Assembly: GCF_964355755.1 (NCBI RefSeq)
Contig: NC_092677.1
Span: 8,702,101-8,766,100 of the forward strand
Direction of reading: 5' to 3'
Source: Antedon mediterranea
Lineage: Eukaryota > Animalia > Echinodermata
DNA length: 64,000 bases
The notes beneath the pieces were generated by a model. It was not told the origin of the DNA and made no database searches. It was given only the letters and a program-made list of their open reading frames with translations. This document shows, one piece after another, positions 24,601-39,600 of the stretch (position 1 is its first letter; every line of letters starts with the position of its first letter). Both the position numbers and the translations under genes were made by a program.

Positions 24601-27600
24601 CTTAAAAGTGGAATACTTATTACTGATATTTCTGATCACTTCCCAATATTCTGTGTAGATACTTTGGAAAAACATAATAAGCAATATCCTCGATTTGTAT
24701 ATAAACGACAATACTCTCCTCAACAAACGGAGTATTTTTTGCAAGAATTACAAAGTAATCAGTGGAATGATGTGCTATTCTCAAATAATGCGAATGTTGC
24801 TTATCAAAATTTTACAAACACTTTAAATAAAACAATTGATAATTGTTTCCCTTTAAAACGAATTAGAAATAAGGCGAACAAGTTAAAATCTCCTTGGATC
24901 ACAGCTGAAATTGCCAGAGCTATCTCTCAAAAACATAAATTATATAAAAAGTACAAACAAAATAACACCACTACTAATAAAAGTACGTACATACATTTTA
25001 GAAACAAGTTAACCACTACTATTAGAAATCGGAAAAAAGAATATTATATGGTCCAGTTTGAACGAAATAAACAAGATATTAAAAAAACGTGGACAATCCT
25101 AAATGATATAATGGGTAGGAAAAAGACTACCAATTTGCCTACAAAAATAAAATTGGGTACTGAGACTTTCTCTGATAATGATGAGAAAGCTGATGCATTC
25201 AACTCTTTTTTTATTAATATTGGAGAAAAACTAAATAATAAATTTAGGCATGAATCTCAAAATGAAGAAATCACCCACAGAACTTTCTTAAAGGGAAATT
25301 TTACCTCTTCAATGTTTTTTAAGCCTGTTACTGAACATGAACTTAACCACTATATTAAAAACACAAAGAATACTTCTCCTGGCCATGATGGTATAAGTGC
25401 CCAACTCATAAAATCTGCTTCCCCGTTTATTTTAAAACCTTTATTGCATATTATTAATACGTCATTATCATCGGGCTGTGTCCCGGCTGATATAAAAATT
25501 GCTAAAGTTATCCCGGTATTTAAGAATGGTGACATCTCCGATATAAATAATTATCGGCCTATTTCCATTTTACCCCTTTTTTCCAAAATATTTGAGAGGA
25601 TTGTGTATGATCAAACGATTTGTTACCTCTCAAAATATAACGTACTGAGTAAAACACAGTATGGATTTAGACAACACCATTCAACTAGTCATGCTTTAAT
25701 ACAATCGATTGAAAAAATCACAAACGCTATTGAGAATAAAGAGTTCACACTAGGAGTTTTCCTTGATTTATCAAAAGCGTTTGATACAATCGATCATGAT
25801 ATATTATTAGATAAGTTAAGATTTTATGGTATAAGAGGAGTTCCGCTAAACTGGTTCTCAAACTATCTTAAAAAAAGACTACAATACACATTTATTGTTA
25901 ATACTGCATCTAGTAAAATGAGAGTAAACACTGGAGTTCCTCAGGGATCCATATTGGGTCCATTATTATTTCTTATATTCATTAATGATATTAGTCTAGC
26001 ATGTAACCATGTAGACATGATTATGTATGCAGATGACACAAATGTGTTTTATAGTCACAATGATATTACTCAAGCTTTTGATACAATGAACCAGGAGTTA
26101 TCTATACTTTCGGACTGGTTTATTGCTAACAAATTAACGCTAAATGTAAACAAATCAAAATATGTTATATTTAAGGCTAGAAATAAGTCAGCTGACACTA
26201 CCTCACTAGAATTGAGGATGGGAAATGAATGTATAGTAAAAGCTACTGAAGTTAAATTTCTAGGCTTATTTCTGGATGAAACTTTATCGTTTAATTTTCA
26301 TGTAAATGAGGTAGCAAACAGTATTTCTAGAATAATTGGTGTCTTAAACAAAGTGAAGTCTATGTTATCAAGTAAAATCTTGTTAACGGTATACAATGCA
26401 CTTATATTACCTAGAATAACGTATGCTATCACAGTATGGGGTGCTACTTCTGCTACAAACTTAAACCGTATACATATTCTCCAGAAAAAAGCACTTAGAA
26501 ATATTTGTCATGTTCATTTTATGCATCCTTCTCATCCACTTTTTATTTCAACCCAAACATTAAATATTTTTGACCTTTATACAAAACACACTGCTATATT
26601 TATGTATCAATATAAACATAATCTATTACCTGAATCATTTAATAACTTATTTAGTACATCTGCCTCATTCCATAATTACTCAACTAGAAACAGGTCAAAC
26701 TACTGTCCACAACTAAAACGCACCAAAGTCGGACAGCAATGTATTTCCTACCAAGGAACACATATTTGGAACAATTTAACAGACTATATAAAACAATCCC
26801 CCACTTTAAGTTTGTTTAAACAGAGATTAAAGCAATATTATAACAATAGAAATATTTAAGTTAAGTAAATCACATTATGTTATTTTGGTTTGTTCTTTTT
26901 GTTTGTACTAATTGTTTGATTTTTTTGTTAGGGTTACATGCTTAAAGCACTTGTGCTTATTTTGTATCCCATTCCATTATCTTATTATTTGTATTGTATT
27001 TGTATATGTTTTTATTTTGATTATGGAATAAAAATGTCGATGAAATTGAAAATTGAAAAAAACAACTCCCCAAACGTGGCAATTCTCTCGAACTCTTTTA
27101 ATTACCACTGTTAACCTTTATCCTTTTATTTTTTTTTCTATTTACTATATCACCTCATACGTGCCATTTATCTAATCAAAATCATCCATTTTATAGCATA
27201 GTGACATAAAAAATAAAGAGTCCAAAGGCGCCAATTAAATGATATAGTTCCCTGAACTATCAGACATAGGAGTAATATACTTAAGGATCTTTTATTTTTA
27301 CGGTTCTAATTTAGTTTCTAATATTTTGGCCAAATATGGTATGGTAAAAAATAATTGATACTTTGTGTCGTACTACACACTATTCATAGAAAGGCCTATA
27401 TTATAGAAAGTAATATTGTCCATATAATTTGTTATTAACATGATCATAAACAATATAAATCATCGCTTTGTGGAGTTGTCATGTGATTGCTTGCGTGTAT
27501 ATTGACAATAAATAAAACGTGTTTAAAACTTATGCTACGAAATCGGTAATTACAATTATGCTGGTAGATATTATTTTTTTATTTCCATTCTTTTACATGT

Positions 27601-30600
27601 AATATTCTATGGTTGTATTTTTTGAAGAATTGAAATGAAGGATTGGTTTTATTTATTTTATTTTATTGTATATCTTTGTCACATGTGGATTGGATTTGAT
27701 TTGAAGATTATAAAATTAAATATTATGTAATTACTACATACCTATATTATGGTATTATTTTAGTATACATCAAATAATTTGTAGATTTAAGGTTACTGCA
27801 GTTGTAATACATTTTTGTGACCATGTTTGTTACCTTAATTATTTAGGAAGAAGCTTCTTTGAGTTTATTGCAGTTACTGCCTTATAAACTTCTATATTGA
27901 AACTATAACTAAGTTATTGCAGTAAATGTACTTACTGCAGTAACTGCAGTAGGATAAATTTGAGAGTGACTTACTGTAAACAACAAGCAATGCAGTACGA
28001 CTATCTTCTCCACGTGTGTTATTAATGCTGCATAAGTACCGCCCATCGTCGTCTTCTGTTGACTCTTTTATTACAAGATCTCCGTTTTCTTTCACTGATA
28101 TCCTGTCATCTTCCTTTATTTCAACAAAGTTGGATCCTGCAAAATCTGTTTAAAACGTATTTGATTTAATTGAAAAACAATTGCCTTTTTTGTACCTGAC
28201 TTAAGTTAAATGTTAAAATCACTAATATTAGTTTCGCGGCGGATGGAGCATGCTATAACTTTAACCCAGTAAGGAAACACATTCGGTACCCAAAAAGCTG
28301 CCCTTTTGATATGGATGTCCTCTGAATATAAGTTAACACAGTGTTAACATATAACACATCGCCCTTTGTTCGTTTCACATGAGTGAAGTGTAAAGTGTCC
28401 CCTAAATATAATGTCAAAAGGCGTATGCATTGAATATCATATATAATAATATTATAAAATGATCATACAGTGAATCTTTTCTGATAATAGTTGAGAGTTT
28501 AATTGGGACATAATGATTGTTATTTTAAGATAATTTAAAATTAGGCTTACACCTAAATACATTACCTAATGTTCGTTTCCACGTTATGTCTGGTTCAGGA
28601 TAGCCACTAGCATTGCAATGCAGTGTTGCTGTGTGGTTTAATATAACGTTTGTATCAACTGGATACACAATAAACCTGGGAGGAACTATAAAATAATTTC
28701 AACGTTGTTTTAATATTTAAACAGATTTTTAAAAATTTAAGATTCATATTTATTGATTGAACCAACTTCATACAAAAAGTGGCTAAAATACAAAAATAAA
28801 TAAGATTTAAAAAATAGGACAAAATGCCGGGAGCGACAGCGCACTATTAATATTTCGGCATAATATAGTGAAAAATACAGGGATCTCGAGATTTTGTGAC
28901 GTCATCAACCAATAGGCATAGTTTGTTGGTCCTCCTCAACAAAAACAACGATTCGAAACGAATACATGAGAATGGTGTAACGTGCAAAAGAAATATACAA
29001 ATAGAAGAAACATAACAGAGATGCATACCAAATATGAATATTTCATTTGTATACGTGACGGTTGCAGCACTGTTGTTCGCAACACATGTATAATTTCCCG
29101 CCAAATCGGTTGTTACGGCATCAGTATATATCATACTGCTTGTACCAACGTTTTGAATTATTAGGTCACTGCTAGCTGGTATAGGATGTTCGTCTTTTAG
29201 CCATGAAATTGATATTGGTGTGTCTCCACTGATAACTGAACAGAACATTTGCATTCGGTCTCCCTCCGACAAGTGCATCTTTGGCATCTCTCCTATTTTC
29301 GGTGGTACTAACATTGACAAATGAAAAATATTGCGTTACTCATTGCAATTGAATGTATTAGGTCTATTCAGTAAATTCCCAAAATAAAATATTGACGCTC
29401 GCATTAGATCTATACTCGAAAATATATACAGTAGGCCTATAGCAGTTAGTATACGGTTACAGAGCTTACCTAACACATCTATATACACGCTTTTTCTATC
29501 TGACTGTCCGAGTCCATTATCAACTTCACAAAAATATTTTCCTTCGTCCGATCCTTTTTTGACGTTACTAACCACCAATGTGCCGTCTGCTTCGATCGTC
29601 TGGCGGTCATTTGATGGCAGAAGATCATCGCCCTGGTACCATCGGATGTTCTCAATTGGATAGCCTGTAGCAATGCAGCGGACATCCATAATGTCACCAG
29701 CAACAGCAGTCAGGTTCCTGAAATTTCTTATCATAGGTGCACCTGTCAAAGAAAGAATAGCTCAGTTAAATTATTGGTACAGAGTAAGCCTGATGCAATG
29801 GAACAGGCCTCCGTTCCACTGGCAACATCAACTGATAGCAGAATCAGAAAGGTCAATATGTGCATCAGGTAATGACAAAAATAAGAGTAGTTTGTATTAG
29901 TGGACTTTTAAATGCGTATTCGTGTCAAAATAGAAATGTTGAGAAAGAGAATCCAATTTTGTCAGTATGTATATTATTCAAATCGTTATTTATTTCAATT
30001 GTTCTTACAGCTAAAAACTAAAGTATGATAATCGTTACACAATGTTTAAAAATTATATATAGGCCTATATATACTAATAATAATATAATATTATGGTCAT
30101 AATATGTATTATTAATTTGGTTGTGGCAGGTGTTGGATGAATAAACACTTTTTACATATCTGTGATGCAAGTAACCATGCAACTTAACATCGTTTTCTTT
30201 ATTAGATCGATATATTTATTGTATATAATCAGTCATATAGAGTCATAAGTGGTCAATATGTATTATTAGTCATTAGGTTTATTTACAAAACCTTGATTCA
30301 ACTTACCATATATATTTATCCTAGCCTCATAGTAAACTTCCCCGTTTATATTCGTTGCCTGGCAACCGTAAGTTCCACCATCTTGAACTTTGGATCTTGT
30401 AATATTTAAGTAACTCACTACATCTCGATCACCGTTTATTACTTGGTTTATGGCGATGCGTTTGTTTTGGATAACCTGTTCATCGTCCAGATACCAAGTT
30501 ACAGTGGGAGATGGATTACCAGCAATTATGCACATTAGGTGGATGTCTGGACCCGGATGGAGAAGCTCCTTTTCAAATCCATCGACAATAGATGGAGCAG

Positions 30601-33600
30601 CAGCTATATGAAATATAATAGCCATAATATACAAAACAGCACATTCATTGTTGAAGAATAGGTTTCTGGACAACCAAGATTATTAATTTAATTTTTGTTT
30701 AAGTCACGGAAAGTTTTACTACTAAACCATTCTTTCTTCTAAATTATGATAATACAATAATGTTGTTTTTTGGAAAGCGAATATGTTAGAAGCTTACAAA
30801 TTTGAGAAAATAGGACAGGATTTATTGATATGAAAACTATTTTTCCTACCACCGAGTGACAATTGCATAGTTGCTTCCTGGAATTCCCATCTGTTTCCTG
30901 CTACACATTGATACATTCCCTGATCACCTCTTCTCATCTCATCCACCATCATGGTCCCATTATCAAAAATAGTTACTCCTGGTAGACCGTCCAATAACGT
31001 TGCGTCTTTATACCACGTGACCGTATCGATAGGATGACCGGTGACGGAACAGTTAAAGTACGCGGAGTCACCAATATCAACGGTTCGTTGATGAGGATAG
31101 AAATACACATGAATAGATTCTGAAAAAAAAAGTTACGTATCACAATAAGTCTATATTTTATTCACGAATTGTTTGATTTATTTCAAGATATAGTGTGTAG
31201 AACTTTGGAGATTTTTCTAATGAAAAGGTCCTGAAGATTTTTTAAAATATATAGACCTAGCTTACCGTACTTATTGTCGGCTATTCTTCCCTTTTACTCA
31301 CCTCTTACACTTAAATGCACATTCGCAGTTTCTGTTCCAATACTATTTGTAACTTCGCATGTATAATCTCCTTCATCAGAAATACGAATATCTCCTATTA
31401 CAAGATTCCCACCACGCATGCTCATTCGAGTTTCTTGATCAAGATTGATACCATTCTTCCTCCAAGAGTAGGATGGTGACGGGTAACCACTTGCAACGCA
31501 CGGGATCTCAACCGTTTCACCAACCTGACTTGTCAAACTGGCCTGACTGTTAATGACACGAGGTCTTGCATTCACGGGGTCTGGAAGAAATACATTGCAT
31601 TCATACTTTGGCATTATCTTGCTAAAACAAACTGGTTCATTCGTAATTAGCAACATTATAACATAAGACAAGCCAGATGATCCGTATGTTGCGTGTATTT
31701 AAGGAGGAAAATGAATTAAGCTAAACTTTACTATCTTACATACCCACTACAGTCAACGTAGCTTGTGCTTCAACGTTGCGTCCAATGAACGTATCTCGTA
31801 CGTTACAACGGTACGTAAATTGTCCATCCTCTGACGTCAGTTCACGTATATGCAGCTCACCAGTTTGAAGAATACTATAACGTCCTCCTAAAACATAAAA
31901 TGCATTGTATTGATAATATTGAATTGATTTTCATAAGATCTAACTATTTAAGTTCTCACGCACAAATTGGATGAGGGACTCATTTGGTCGAAAAGCTATT
32001 ATATTATGGAATTCGTTATCGGAGGATGTAGTAGCTTCAAGATCAACCAATCAATTTAAGTCCGGTCTTGAACGGGCATGGTCCAACCACCCTCTTAAAT
32101 TTGCGCCATATTCAAGAGTTGATGTAATTATCAAGAGGGGCTTATGGGCATAGCCTAGCCTCGAATCCGGACCCAGCATTGCTGAGCTTCGGAAACAAGT
32201 AAACAAGTAAGTAAACTATTTAACAAACCAAACTTTTTGTTTTATATTAGTTATTATTTTTGAGTAATCGCACTTTAAAGGCGTCATGTCAGTACAGAAT
32301 GTCATATTTCCAACGGAATTAAATTGTTAGATAATTGTTCCAAGTTCTATCAAAATGGTAATCAATGGCAATTGCTGATATTTTAACATTTATATTGGCC
32401 TAAATAACGTGCTCTACCTGCTTCAATTTGAATATTGTCTCGTGTCCATGACGTCACCTCAACGTAGTCTTTGACAAAACTTGGTATATCACATTTGAAC
32501 ACAACTGTGTTTCCGCGCATGGCAACCTCATCGTGTAGTGATATGCTGTACGACTGTGACGGAACTGAATAAAAGAAAACAATAGTATTTTACAAAACAT
32601 TATGTATGGGGTTCTTATTGTAGGTAAATGTTGTATAAATACAGTGAATATCTATACACATCGATATAAATGTAAACACTTTTGTGAAAATAACCTTCCT
32701 GGTTACTTACGCCGGCTGTCTCAGATATTCCGCGAAAGATAAATTTGAAAACATTTTAGTCGAACTATATAATTTGTTTCTATCTTTGTCCTCGATCTTT
32801 CACTATGTACAAGTTTGCTGACAATCCTCTTGAAGTGTCTGTGTGTTCGGGCTTGTGTGCCCTGTGCCCGCGAAAAATACTGTGAACACTCACTTGAGGG
32901 CAAGGGATCACACCCTTATTACATGCAACCATATTATTCTTCTGGTTTAAAACTTTAAGTTAACTAAAACTTTGATTTAGACTAGAAGTCATGCATATAA
33001 TAAGCTATATTAGAACTCTGTTTTAACAATGCGATTCAGGGGACATCCCTTCGGGTATTGTGTTGGGTATACTCCGCACTTCTACAAATCTTGTTTCTCA
33101 TGATGTATGTTGTATTTCTATTATTCTTCTACTGTTCATATAAACTATAAAAAAGTAATAGACGTGTCTCTTGAACAGATATTGGCCGTAGTGTGCAGTG
33201 CTAAAACGTTTTGCTTCACTTTTCACACGTGAAAGTGTCCTCAAATGAAAGGTCACATTTCAGAGTTTTTTTCTTGTAAGTGCCGTCTAAGATCTGTCTA
33301 CACTAAAAATTAGTTTGACAGAAAATAGTTTGATGTGCCCAAATACAGTAGTGATGTGCCCAAATACGCTAGTTATGTGACGTTCATATTATTGGTACAT
33401 CACTATTTTTTCTGTGTAGACAGAGCTTTAGTGGGCTCTTTACGCACTCATGCAGAAAGTAGGCCTACACGTTAAAACATTTTAATTAGGCTTGAATATT
33501 AATTTGGTTATGCTAACACTGATATTTGGATATTTAATATAATTAGGATAGCCTATTCGAATAATTACTCTAATTAGATCTATTGAACTCGCCGCATACA

Positions 33601-36600
33601 GAATAGACCTATAAAATGAAAAAGGGGATGTGTACTTAATTAACTGTATTAAAGTACCATGTCCTTTTTCTGTAGATATATTATAATTATTAGTATGCTA
33701 TTTGACTTCATTTATTACAAATTAGAGTAAGAGTAGTAACTGTATTCAGTGTCCCCAAATACAGGTTGGCCTTATAGTGTTAAAACAATAATAAAAATGT
33801 TTGTCTTTATTCTTAATACACATATGTTTATAAGCGCTTTGCACAAAAAATATCCATGAAATCATTCTGAAACCCCATAATGTCCGCTTAATAATGTTTT
33901 CTCATTAATAGGAGTATTTCAAGGAAGACGTTTTAATTTATTAGTTCGAGATAAAATAAAATATACAACAATAAAACCGCGACTCTACAGCTCACTATGT
34001 CGGTCGGTTGGTCGGTCGGTAAACACTGCTCAAATTTGAGCATGCGACTGCAGCCATATATTGCCTTGTTTAATGGAAGCACAATAATTGTTCGATTTGA
34101 ATTATATTCAGTAACACTTATATCTCATTAATTGAATTGTTTTACGAATTACATTTCGTATTTTTTGTGGTATTAATATTGTTTTGTTAATATTAATAAA
34201 TTATATTAATATTAACAAAAAATATTGTTATATTTTAATGGTCGGCATAGTATTGTTATTGTAATTTAACTTTTTCGACAATAAACATAAACCAACATTT
34301 CAAACAGAGAGTTGTATTGTTTGCTCTAAATACAGGTAGATCTACTAATTATGATTAGAATTAAAATTGAGTGAATTCGCTCCGTAAAGCGCCTTCATTT
34401 GATATAGCTTGTAATATTTTTTTCTTTTATATTGTAATTTTACAAGAAAAAAATGAACATAAACTTTAAATACGTTTAATAATTCCAGGATAAAAGTGTT
34501 AGACCTCGAGGTAAAAAAAGGATGGAACAAATTAGTTGAATATGAAGACTAAGTTCACTTTAAGAATTAAGTATAATTTGCTCTTATAATATTTTTTTTT
34601 TTTAATTTATTTTTTTTTTATTTCATTTCATCACATACATAATACAAAATTAATATATAAAGGCAACGTAACTATTAAAACGATATAATACTCTCTCAAA
34701 AATAAGAGAGTAAAGAAATTAAAGAAAAAAAAATAATGTATCGCAAAAATACACTTAATAATAATCATTTTGCTAATAATATGGTTGCCTTGTATTTTTG
34801 GTAAATGTGAAATAAATGATTATAATTAAGTAATTGTTTTTTGATTTTGCAACTAAATATGTACCACTTTGTAATTAAAATTAAAATGTTTGCATCACTG
34901 TGTGTTTTTCCAAAACCAAAACATATACTTTCTTTGGTGATAATTAAGTTATTGTTGATATTTCGATACATATATTGTTTTACATTTTCCCAAATTTTCT
35001 TTACCAGATCACATTCAAAGAACATATGTAGCAGTGTTTCCTGCTTTTCCTTGCAAAAACTACACATTGGTGAATCGACCTTTGACATCTTAAATAGCAT
35101 TGTATTTGTATAAATTATACGATGAATAAATTTAAATTGAACATTTTTTAGCTTAGTGTCATTTGTACAGGCGTGTAAATTTGAGAAAAGGTTTTTCCAA
35201 TTAAGTTTGTTGTCAAACTCCTTTTCCCATTTGGATTCAATTCCAATTGGCTCTTCAACATTTTTTAATATAATGTGTTTATAGATATAATGACAATTTC
35301 TCGTTTTCACAGAAATGAATGTCTGTAATTTGGATTCAACTTCATTAGTTGTGTTTATACCTTGTTTAATTAATTTCTGTTTCCAGAGCTTTGGAATTGA
35401 ATTTACAATCTGGTCTTTACGATCTGGTACAATTTGCTCTTATAATAGAACACAGTCGTCTTTCAAACGAAATTGTCCTTTTTGCCGTGTAGTTTTCGGC
35501 TGAACTCACCGACGCTTTGGGAATTGACTATCAAACGATACTGTTACATTGAGAAGTGCGCGTCAGCACGGTTAAATGAACTCCAATCCAATATTTAAAT
35601 CCCCTTAGAAGTGAAAACTTTTACCGTATACCGAATGATATTCTTAATAACATCATAAGCATAATGAAATTAATAACACTGTTGCGTTTCAATGGGCATA
35701 GCTTCAACTTATCCAATATACACTAGCGAGTCTATTGAATGAACATTGGACTAACGCCTAAAAACCTTATTGATCGTAATTATGATATTGATTCTACCAA
35801 GGAGTCATTGACGGCTCTGCCTCATTAACGGTTGGTGTTTATTTAGGTTTTGACGCATTGCTTTTATAAAGCTAGGTTCCCACTAGGACGCAACGCAGGG
35901 ACGTTAGCGCAACGAATTTAAGAATCACAAGTGATGAACAATTCGAATCTATAGACGTCTCAGTGGGAACCAAGCTTTAGGAATAATGTAAAATAATTAT
36001 TCTACACAGGGCTAGATAATAACTATCAACGCTTATGATGCAAACGTAGCAATGTTCTTGATAATAATCATAGATAGATCTAATAGGGGAGAGAGAACCA
36101 ACAACCCAGCAATAGCTAAAATATCTCCATACTAGAGATAATTGGAACACGTGTTCTGTAGTGGATACCCTACCGTGCAAACTTGCATTTTCATAACTGA
36201 ACCTTGTACTGTATGTATGTTTCAGCAATAAAGCTACCCTGGATTTTATTAACATTAAACTTGATGGTACACAACACAATTGATCATAAAATAACGTATG
36301 TCCTTGTATGTACGTATGTTAGTTATAATTATTACAAATCGTAACTATTTTGTTTTATTGATTATTTATTAACCTTCTTTCACTGGTATTTATTACCATA
36401 TTACATACATAAGGTGATCAAGAATGTGTATAGGGCATGGTATGGTTGAAGAGAGGAAAGAAAAAGGTTGATATGGCCTACTGAAAAGCCATTGCTGTAG
36501 CCTAATAAAATGTTATGATGTATGTTATTAAAATTGAAACTGGTGGTCATTGACATATTATTACGAATAAATAGGCCTAACATTTCTCTTTGTTGTGCAC

Positions 36601-39600
36601 ATTTTTATAAAATTTTCATAAAATAAATTATTTCACTTATATTTTATTACAAGCATTGAATATAATCGAAGGGAAGAGGAAGACCACATAAAGTCGTGCA
36701 GTTCGATAGAGATAACAAGAAAATATTTAGAGGGCTAAGTGACGAAGTCACCTGCTATAGAAGTCATTTTTGACTACATGCAAAGTGTAGTAACGTGGGT
36801 AAAAACTTGATGACTGTCAATAGTCTGTTGCAATCTATAACCTAATGAAAACTGCAGATTCGGATGTGTTAGTTAATATCTAGGTGTTTTTGGAAAATGT
36901 AGGACTGTTGCTGTCAACAGACACAATACTGCAGGCTGTCTGCTAGAGTCGGTTGATTAGTCATTGTATTATTTATCAGTGTTTTAAACCGTACTGGTGC
37001 CAAGGCCCTAAAATTGGTATTTAGGGTGGGCGGGAAGGGAAAGGAAATAGTGTTACCATTACTTTAAATCTTACCTCCGTTAACAGTAACATATCGACTC
37101 CTTATAACACCTGCTTCATTCTTAGCGTGGCAGACGTACACCGTAGAATGTATACTCTCGTCAAACTGACTATCAATTATGGCGGGAAATTCTAAAGATC
37201 CAAATGAGTTAACTTTTCTCAATCCCTCAATCTGAGTAACTGGTGTACCGTCTTGAAAATGCCATGTCACTACTGGAGAGGGGTCCCCGTGAGCACTGCA
37301 CGGCACCTCACCTCCACGGATGTAAAGGAAGCTAAATGTGCTAGGTGGTTCCTCAATAAACGTTGGTCCCACTACTTCTTCTGATACACAAAACCTGGCT
37401 TGCGAAAAGATTCCTTTAAAGATATAATTAAAAGTGGGTTTGAACATTTGTAGAAAATGATATATAGTAGGAGCATTCGATTTGTGACGTCATTTAGCGT
37501 TATCAACATCATCATTCTTTCTCTTTATAGCCATCATTATCACCATCATCATCCTCATCATCATCAAAAATAATTGGAAAGATTTTATATAAGAACACAC
37601 ACAACAAAGAAAGTTAACAGAAACCTGCTTATTATTATAAGTATTATTAAATAGTTACAAGGTCATTGGTACAAAACGGAAAGTATAACTAGATTTATAA
37701 TTTTTCCTACAGCAGTTACTGCAGTAAATACATTTTTTGCTACAGTAACGTATTATTTTATTTTTATTGTAGAAGTTTTGTAAGGCACTCATTGCAATAA
37801 ACAGTGTATATTCTTACACATAAAAGCTAAATAAATAAGTAGCAATGTAGCAAAGCTGTAGTTACTGCAGTAACCTTAAATCTACAAATCAGTTCATTAG
37901 AAATTAAAATGATGCTTTAAACTGTGCTTATGATTACTTAAAGCTTTAACAATTAAATAAACAACCAAATACAGTTACTGCAGTAAAATCATTATCGTCC
38001 TTAAAATGCAGATAATCTCTATTTATAAGAAAATTCTGAAACTGCCCAAACAGTTAAAGCTTTATCTACACTATCAAACTTGTTTGACCAAAAAAAGTGT
38101 GATTTTCACTAATTAATATGGCAGTGATATGACGTCATCGTGTCCATATGGGCACAACACATTTTTGTCACATAAAGTTTGATAGTGTAGACAGAGCTTT
38201 AGTTTAAAGTATGTTTCTTATAATTTTAACAATAGTACAGTAGATAAGAATCGCATGCAATTATAATTATTTTCTTCTTAATTTAATTTTCATGATACAT
38301 CAAGTTATAGGGTAATGCATTAAGCGTTCATTATATTTCAACAAATGTTAGGCAGCTGGATTAGCGAACAGCAACCTAGCAATAGTACATTGTGCTCTCT
38401 ACACAATATTTGACAGTTAAACCAACAGCAAACAAATGAAATAGGAGGATTTACAAACATTGACAGTTTTTTACGTACATCTGCTAAAAACCAAAATAAT
38501 CAATATCTGCAACAAATATAGGCGAATAGATGTATTAATTTTAGGCCTACACGTCCATCAAAATGAATAAACTTATTTTGTCACGTGTCCTTCAAAGTAA
38601 TAATTTTTATTTTTGGTTTGGATTGGCATCTTAGTGGTTTGATAACTTTGACTATTAATGCTGAGATCTCTCAGTTCACTGACTTATCCATGGTTAGCTA
38701 GCTAATAGGCCTAAATACACGTTGTTAGTTTTAATTAATCGGATTTTGACTGGTTGATAATAGTATGGCTAACACTGTTATTTGGCCATTTTTATTTTAT
38801 GCCATCATCTTATAGATAATTGGCAACAGATTGTGTATTTAAAAATGAACAAAGCCAAATTTATATTTTAAAAAACAATAAATGTAATCTCTGATAACGC
38901 ATATGCTGTCCCGTAGTCAGAACCTTACAGTATATAAAACTTTCTCCGTCGATGTCTTTTCCAGAAAGCACTTCCGAACATTTACAATTTGATCATTTTA
39001 TATTGAATGTCATGTGATATAAATAAGTTGCTGTATTCAGGAATTTCCTATGATACTGGGCAAATAAATTGTATATGAAGGGACAGCTTAGAATCGGGTA
39101 GCTAGCTGGACTATTTGCCATGTCTTTTATATAGTAATCAAGCCTAACGTATTTAATTCCCTTAATTGCCGGTCACACATGCAATAGTGAACTAATTATC
39201 ATCTTATTCCCACTTGGTATTTATCATTTTTTATTTTTATATTAATTGCCAAGTCAGTAAAATATATGCTAATAAGTGTACATTGTATGCTTATTAGGAA
39301 AGTAAAACATTGTGAATTTGTAATGTATAAACTTATATTATTGACGCCTGGGCACAAGGTCGACGGTTTAAAGCAGTGTGCGGGTTTGTAGGCCTACGTG
39401 CATTTATAAATACTGATTTGTTTATATACGGAGATACACAAAGGAAATATATTCAAAATTAGAACTTGTTGAAAGTACGTTACTTTTGTTACTTTGAAAT
39501 AATACTGAATTCGGTTACTTTATGTTTATATACGTGTTTTATATTGCACAGTGTACTATATGACATTTTCTAACTTTGTTTATTAGATATATGAGACATG

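Larger units (their letters stand above)
21950..27062 (+). mobile_element. Apparently full-length non-LTR retrotransposon (CR1/L2/Crack group) inserted antisense in the Dscam Ig8-Ig9 intron
   Basis: ORF1, an 891-bp spacer, ORF2, then a 3' UTR with AATAAA (about 27027) and a short GAAATT/GAAAATT-repeat plus A tail. The 5' boundary is approximate and I found no clear target-site duplication. Confidence 0.9.

Noticed and set aside
27975-37413. Arthropod-style arrays of mutually exclusive Ig2/Ig3/Ig7 exons
   Set aside because: Each Ig exon occurs once. The long introns contain transposon fragments, not exon paralogues.
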